Below are positions 61,211-64,000 of a stretch of 64,000 bases of DNA, piece after piece. The translations under genes were made by a program, and so were the position numbers. Each line of letters opens with the position of its first letter. Within the stretch, counting starts at the first letter, position 1. This stretch comes from Planctomycetota bacterium (GTDB lineage Bacteria > Planctomycetota > UBA1135 > UBA2386). The stretch lies in NCBI GenBank assembly GCA_036274315.1, contig DASUFY010000074.1, positions 698-64,697 of the forward strand, written 5' to 3'. The notes under the pieces are model-generated. The model searched no databases and was not told where the DNA came from. It saw only the letters and a list, made by a program, of their open reading frames with translations.

Positions 61211-64000
61211 TCAGTGTCCTCCGGTGGTGGCCGGCTCGCCCGGCGCCTCTGGCTCGCCCGGCTCGCTCGGCGGCGCCGGCGGGGCCTTGGTCTTGCCGCG
61301 ACGGCCCAACGACTCGACGAACACGTAGTTGCCGGGGATCAGGAAGACGCCGAGGAAGGTCGCGACGAGCATGCCCCAGAACACCGCGGTGCCCATCACG
61401 TTCTGCGCGCCGGCGCCGGCGCCCGACGCGATCATCAGCGGCACGACGCCGAGGATGAACGCGAACGCCGTCATCAGGATCGGCCGGAAGCGCAGCCGCG
61501 CCGACTCGAGCGCGGCCTCCATGAGCGGCATGCCCTCGTCGTGCTTGGCCTTGGCGAATTCGACGATCAGGATCGCGTTCTTCGCCGCCAGTCCGATCAG
61601 CATGATCAGGCCGATCTGCACGTAGACGTTGTTGTCGAAGCCAGCCAGCCAGACGCCGAAGAACGCCCCGAGCGCCACGAGCGGCGAGCCGAGCAGCACG
61701 GCCCAGGGCAGGCGCCAGCTCTCGTACATCGCGGCCAGCAGCAGGAACACGCACAGGATCGCCATCAGCAGCGTCGGCCCGGCCGGCGGTGCCACCTTCT
61801 CCTGGTACGACAGCGACGAGTACGCGAACCCCATCTCCGGGGGCATCTTCTCCTTGAACACCTCCTCGAGGGCGGCGAGCGCCTGGCCCGACGAGTAGCC
61901 GCGGCCCGGCACGCCCTGGATCTCGGCGGAGCGGAACAGGTTGAACCGGTTGGTGATCTCGGTGCCCGACTGCGCGGAGACGTTCGCGATCGTCGACAGC
62001 GGCACCATGTCCCCGCTGCTGCTGCGCACGTGGATGCGACCGATGTCCTCGGGCTTCTGCCGGTCCTCGCCTTCGGCCTGCAGGTAGACGCGGAACAGGC
62101 GGCCGAAGCGGTTGAAGTCGTTGACGTAGGAGCTGCCCAACGCCGCGGACATCGCCTGGTAGGCTTCGTTGAGCGCGATGCCGAGCTTGCGCGCCTTGTC
62201 GCGGTCGATGTCGACCTTGACCTGCGGGTAGGTCGGGTCGAACGACGTGAACAGGTTGCCGAGCTCGGGACGCGCCCGCGCCGCGTCGAGGAACGTGGCG
62301 ACGTGCGTGCCGAGTTCGGCCACGCTCAGCGAACCGCTGCGGTCCTGCACGAGGAAGTTGAAACCGGCCGACGCGCCGAACCCGGAGATGGTCGGGATGT
62401 TGAACGGGAAGATGACCGCATCGGGGATGCGCCGCAGCTCCTGCTGCAGCTTCGCCATCAGGCCCTTCACGTGCAGATCGGGCCCCTTGCGTTCCGCCCA
62501 CGGCCTGAGGCGCGCGAACACCGTGCCGAAGTTGGGTTGGTAGGTGCTCGTGACGGCACCGAAGCCGCCGATCGTCTGCGACGCCTCGACGCCGTCGAGT
62601 TGCGCCAGCAGCGCCTCGACCTTGCCCAGCACGTCGCTCGTGCGCTGCAGCGACGCACCGGGCGGCAGCTGCACGTTGACGCCGAACACGCCGAGGTCCT
62701 CGTCGGGGATGAAGCCCTGCGACAGGCGCCCGCCGAACACGCCGGCGCCGTAGACGACGCCGCCGATGATCACGAGCGTCAGGATCGAACGACGCGCCAG
62801 CAGGCGCGTGACGCCGACGTAGCCCTTGGTGGTGGTGTCGAACGTCTTGTTGAACAGCTTGAAGAACCAGCCCAGCGGGCCGCGCATCGGCTTCGCCGGT
62901 TTCAGCAGCATCGCCGACAACGCGGGCGACAACGACAGCGCGCTGAACGCCGACAGCAGCACCGAGATCGCGATCGTCAGCGCGAACTGCTGGAACATCT
63001 GGCCGGTCAGGCCGCCGAGCATCGCGACGGGCACGAACACCGCGGACAGGATCAGCGCGATGCCGATGACCGGCGCCGACACCTCCTTCATCGCCTGTTC
63101 GGTCGCCTCCCGCGGGCTCTTGCCGTGCTCGATGTGGTGCATCACGGCCTCGACGACGACGATCGCGTCGTCGACGACGATGCCGATGGCGAGCACGAGG
63201 CCGAACATCGACAGCGTGTTGACCGAGAACCCGAGCATCGGGAAGAACAGGAACGTGCCGATCAGCGAGACCGGCACGGTCAGCAGCGGGATCAGCGTCG
63301 CGCGCAGGTTCTGCAGGAAGAAGAACACGACGAGCGTCACGAGGACGATGGCCTCGAGGAACGTGTGCAGGATCGACTCGATCGACGCCTCGACGGCCGG
63401 CGTCGTGTCGTAGACGATCTTGTAGTCCATGTCGGGCGGGAACAGCTCCTTGGCCCGCGCCATCGTCGTGTAGATCGCCTCCGACGCCTTGAGCTGGTTC
63501 GCGCCCGGCAGCAGGTAGACGGCCATCGCGCCGGCGGGCTTGCCGTCGAGTCGGCCGAACGAGTCGTAGTTCTGCGAGCCGAGTTCGGCGCGGCCGATGT
63601 CGCGGATGCGGATCTGCGCGCCGGTCTCGGTCTCGCGCACGATGATGTCGTCGAACTCGGCGGGCGTGAGCAGGCGGCCCGGCGCGCTGACGGTGTACGT
63701 GAACTGCTGCCCGGGCGGCGTCGGTTCGCCGCCGATCTTGCCGGCCGGCGCCAGCAGGTTCTGTTCCTTGATCACGGCCGCGACGTCCGCCGGCGTGACG
63801 CCGAGCTGCGCCATGCGGTCCGGCTTGAGCCAGATGCGCATGCCGTAGTCGGTGCCGCCGAACAGATCGACCTGGGCGATGCCGGGGATGCGCAGCAGCT
63901 GGTCGCGCAGGTTGATGCCGCAGTAGTTGATGAGGAACTTCGCGTCGTACGCGCCCCCCGGCGAGTACAGCGACAGGATCATCAGGATGCTGGGGCTCTG
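61211..64000 (-). CDS. RND (HAE1, AcrB/MexB-like) efflux permease, 5' end outside the window
   Basis: The frame is open to the window edge (2790 nt = 930 codons). The layout is typical AcrB: porter-domain blocks and TM clusters (...VVDDAIVVVEAVMHHIE..., ...AKNAILIVEFAK...). Confidence 0.95.
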   Translation of the reverse strand, partial: QSPSILMILSLYSPGGAYDAKFLINYCGINLRDQLLRIPGIAQVDLFGGTDYGMRIWLKPDRMAQLGVTPADVAAVIKEQNLLAPAGKIGGEPTPPGQQFTYTVSAPGRLLTPAEFDDIIVRETETGAQIRIRDIGRAELGSQNYDSFGRLDGKPAGAMAVYLLPGANQLKASEAIYTTMARAKELFPPDMDYKIVYDTTPAVEASIESILHTFLEAIVLVTLVVFFFLQNLRATLIPLLTVPVSLIGTFLFFPMLGFSVNTLSMFGLVLAIGIVVDDAIVVVEAVMHHIEHGKSPREATEQAMKEVSAPVIGIALILSAVFVPVAMLGGLTGQMFQQFALTIAISVLLSAFSALSLSPALSAMLLKPAKPMRGPLGWFFKLFNKTFDTTTKGYVGVTRLLARRSILTLVIIGGVVYGAGVFGGRLSQGFIPDEDLGVFGVNVQLPPGASLQRTSDVLGKVEALLAQLDGVEASQTIGGFGAVTSTYQPNFGTVFARLRPWAERKGPDLHVKGLMAKLQQELRRIPDAVIFPFNIPTISGFGASAGFNFLVQDRSGSLSVAELGTHVATFLDAARARPELGNLFTSFDPTYPQVKVDIDRDKARKLGIALNEAYQAMSAALGSSYVNDFNRFGRLFRVYLQAEGEDRQKPEDIGRIHVRSSSGDMVPLSTIANVSAQSGTEITNRFNLFRSAEIQGVPGRGYSSGQALAALEEVFKEKMPPEMGFAYSSLSYQEKVAPPAGPTLLMAILCVFLLLAAMYESWRLPWAVLLGSPLVALGAFFGVWLAGFDNNVYVQIGLIMLIGLAAKNAILIVEFAKAKHDEGMPLMEAALESARLRFRPILMTAFAFILGVVPLMIASGAGAGAQNVMGTAVFWGMLVATFLGVFLIPGNYVFVESLGRRGKTKAPPAPPSEPGEPEAPGEPATTGGH

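Noticed and set aside
1-64000. CRISPR arrays, tandem DNA repeats, IS elements or prophage genes.
   Set aside because: Scanning the intergenic regions (all under 300 bp) showed no regularly spaced direct repeats. No ORF has transposase, integrase or phage structural motifs. The recurrent module is similar at protein level only, not as repeated DNA.

Overview
This is a very GC-rich (about 70% by eye) bacterial chromosomal segment, densely coding on both strands. I recognised no rRNA, tRNA, CRISPR array, transposase or integrase. About 50 genes can be supported. Most other long ORFs in the track are antisense or off-frame artefacts of the high GC content.

Region 1-42 kb looks accessory and is dominated by envelope signalling.
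- Six ECF-type sigma modules. Two are fused in one polypeptide to a TM helix and a long repeat ectodomain. Two are coupled to Ser/Thr kinases. One has an anti-sigma partner.
- A PP2C-like protein with His-for-Asp changes in its metal motifs.
- Six secreted proteins plus one relic that share an about 110-aa extreme C-terminal module I cannot assign to a named family.
- Several decay marks: a G7 frameshift, an in-frame TAG inside a signal peptide, an orphan signal-peptide stub and a LytTR remnant.

The best single-gene observation is a thioredoxin-fold (TlpA/redoxin-like) gene. Its two track ORFs are joined by an in-frame TGA exactly at the first Cys of the CxxC motif (W-U-G-P-C). A GGUC-tetraloop hairpin follows about 25 nt downstream, so it is a candidate selenoprotein.

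A tightly coupled four-gene operon (ECF sigma, Ser/Thr kinase with FGE-like ectodomain, then two unknown lower-GC genes) is the best candidate for an uncharacterised multi-gene system.

Region 42-64 kb is mostly metabolism and transport. It holds hydrolases, an O-methyltransferase, ackA, a BASS symporter, an AI-2E transporter, a SulP permease, a 949-aa Orn/Lys/Arg-type decarboxylase, a porin, a TRIC channel, a DUF3300/DUF2950 pair, and an RND pump with its outer-membrane factor.

Taxonomy cannot be assigned from here. The gene content resembles Planctomycetota- or Myxococcota-like genomes. All family calls rest on motif recognition by eye, and no searches were run.
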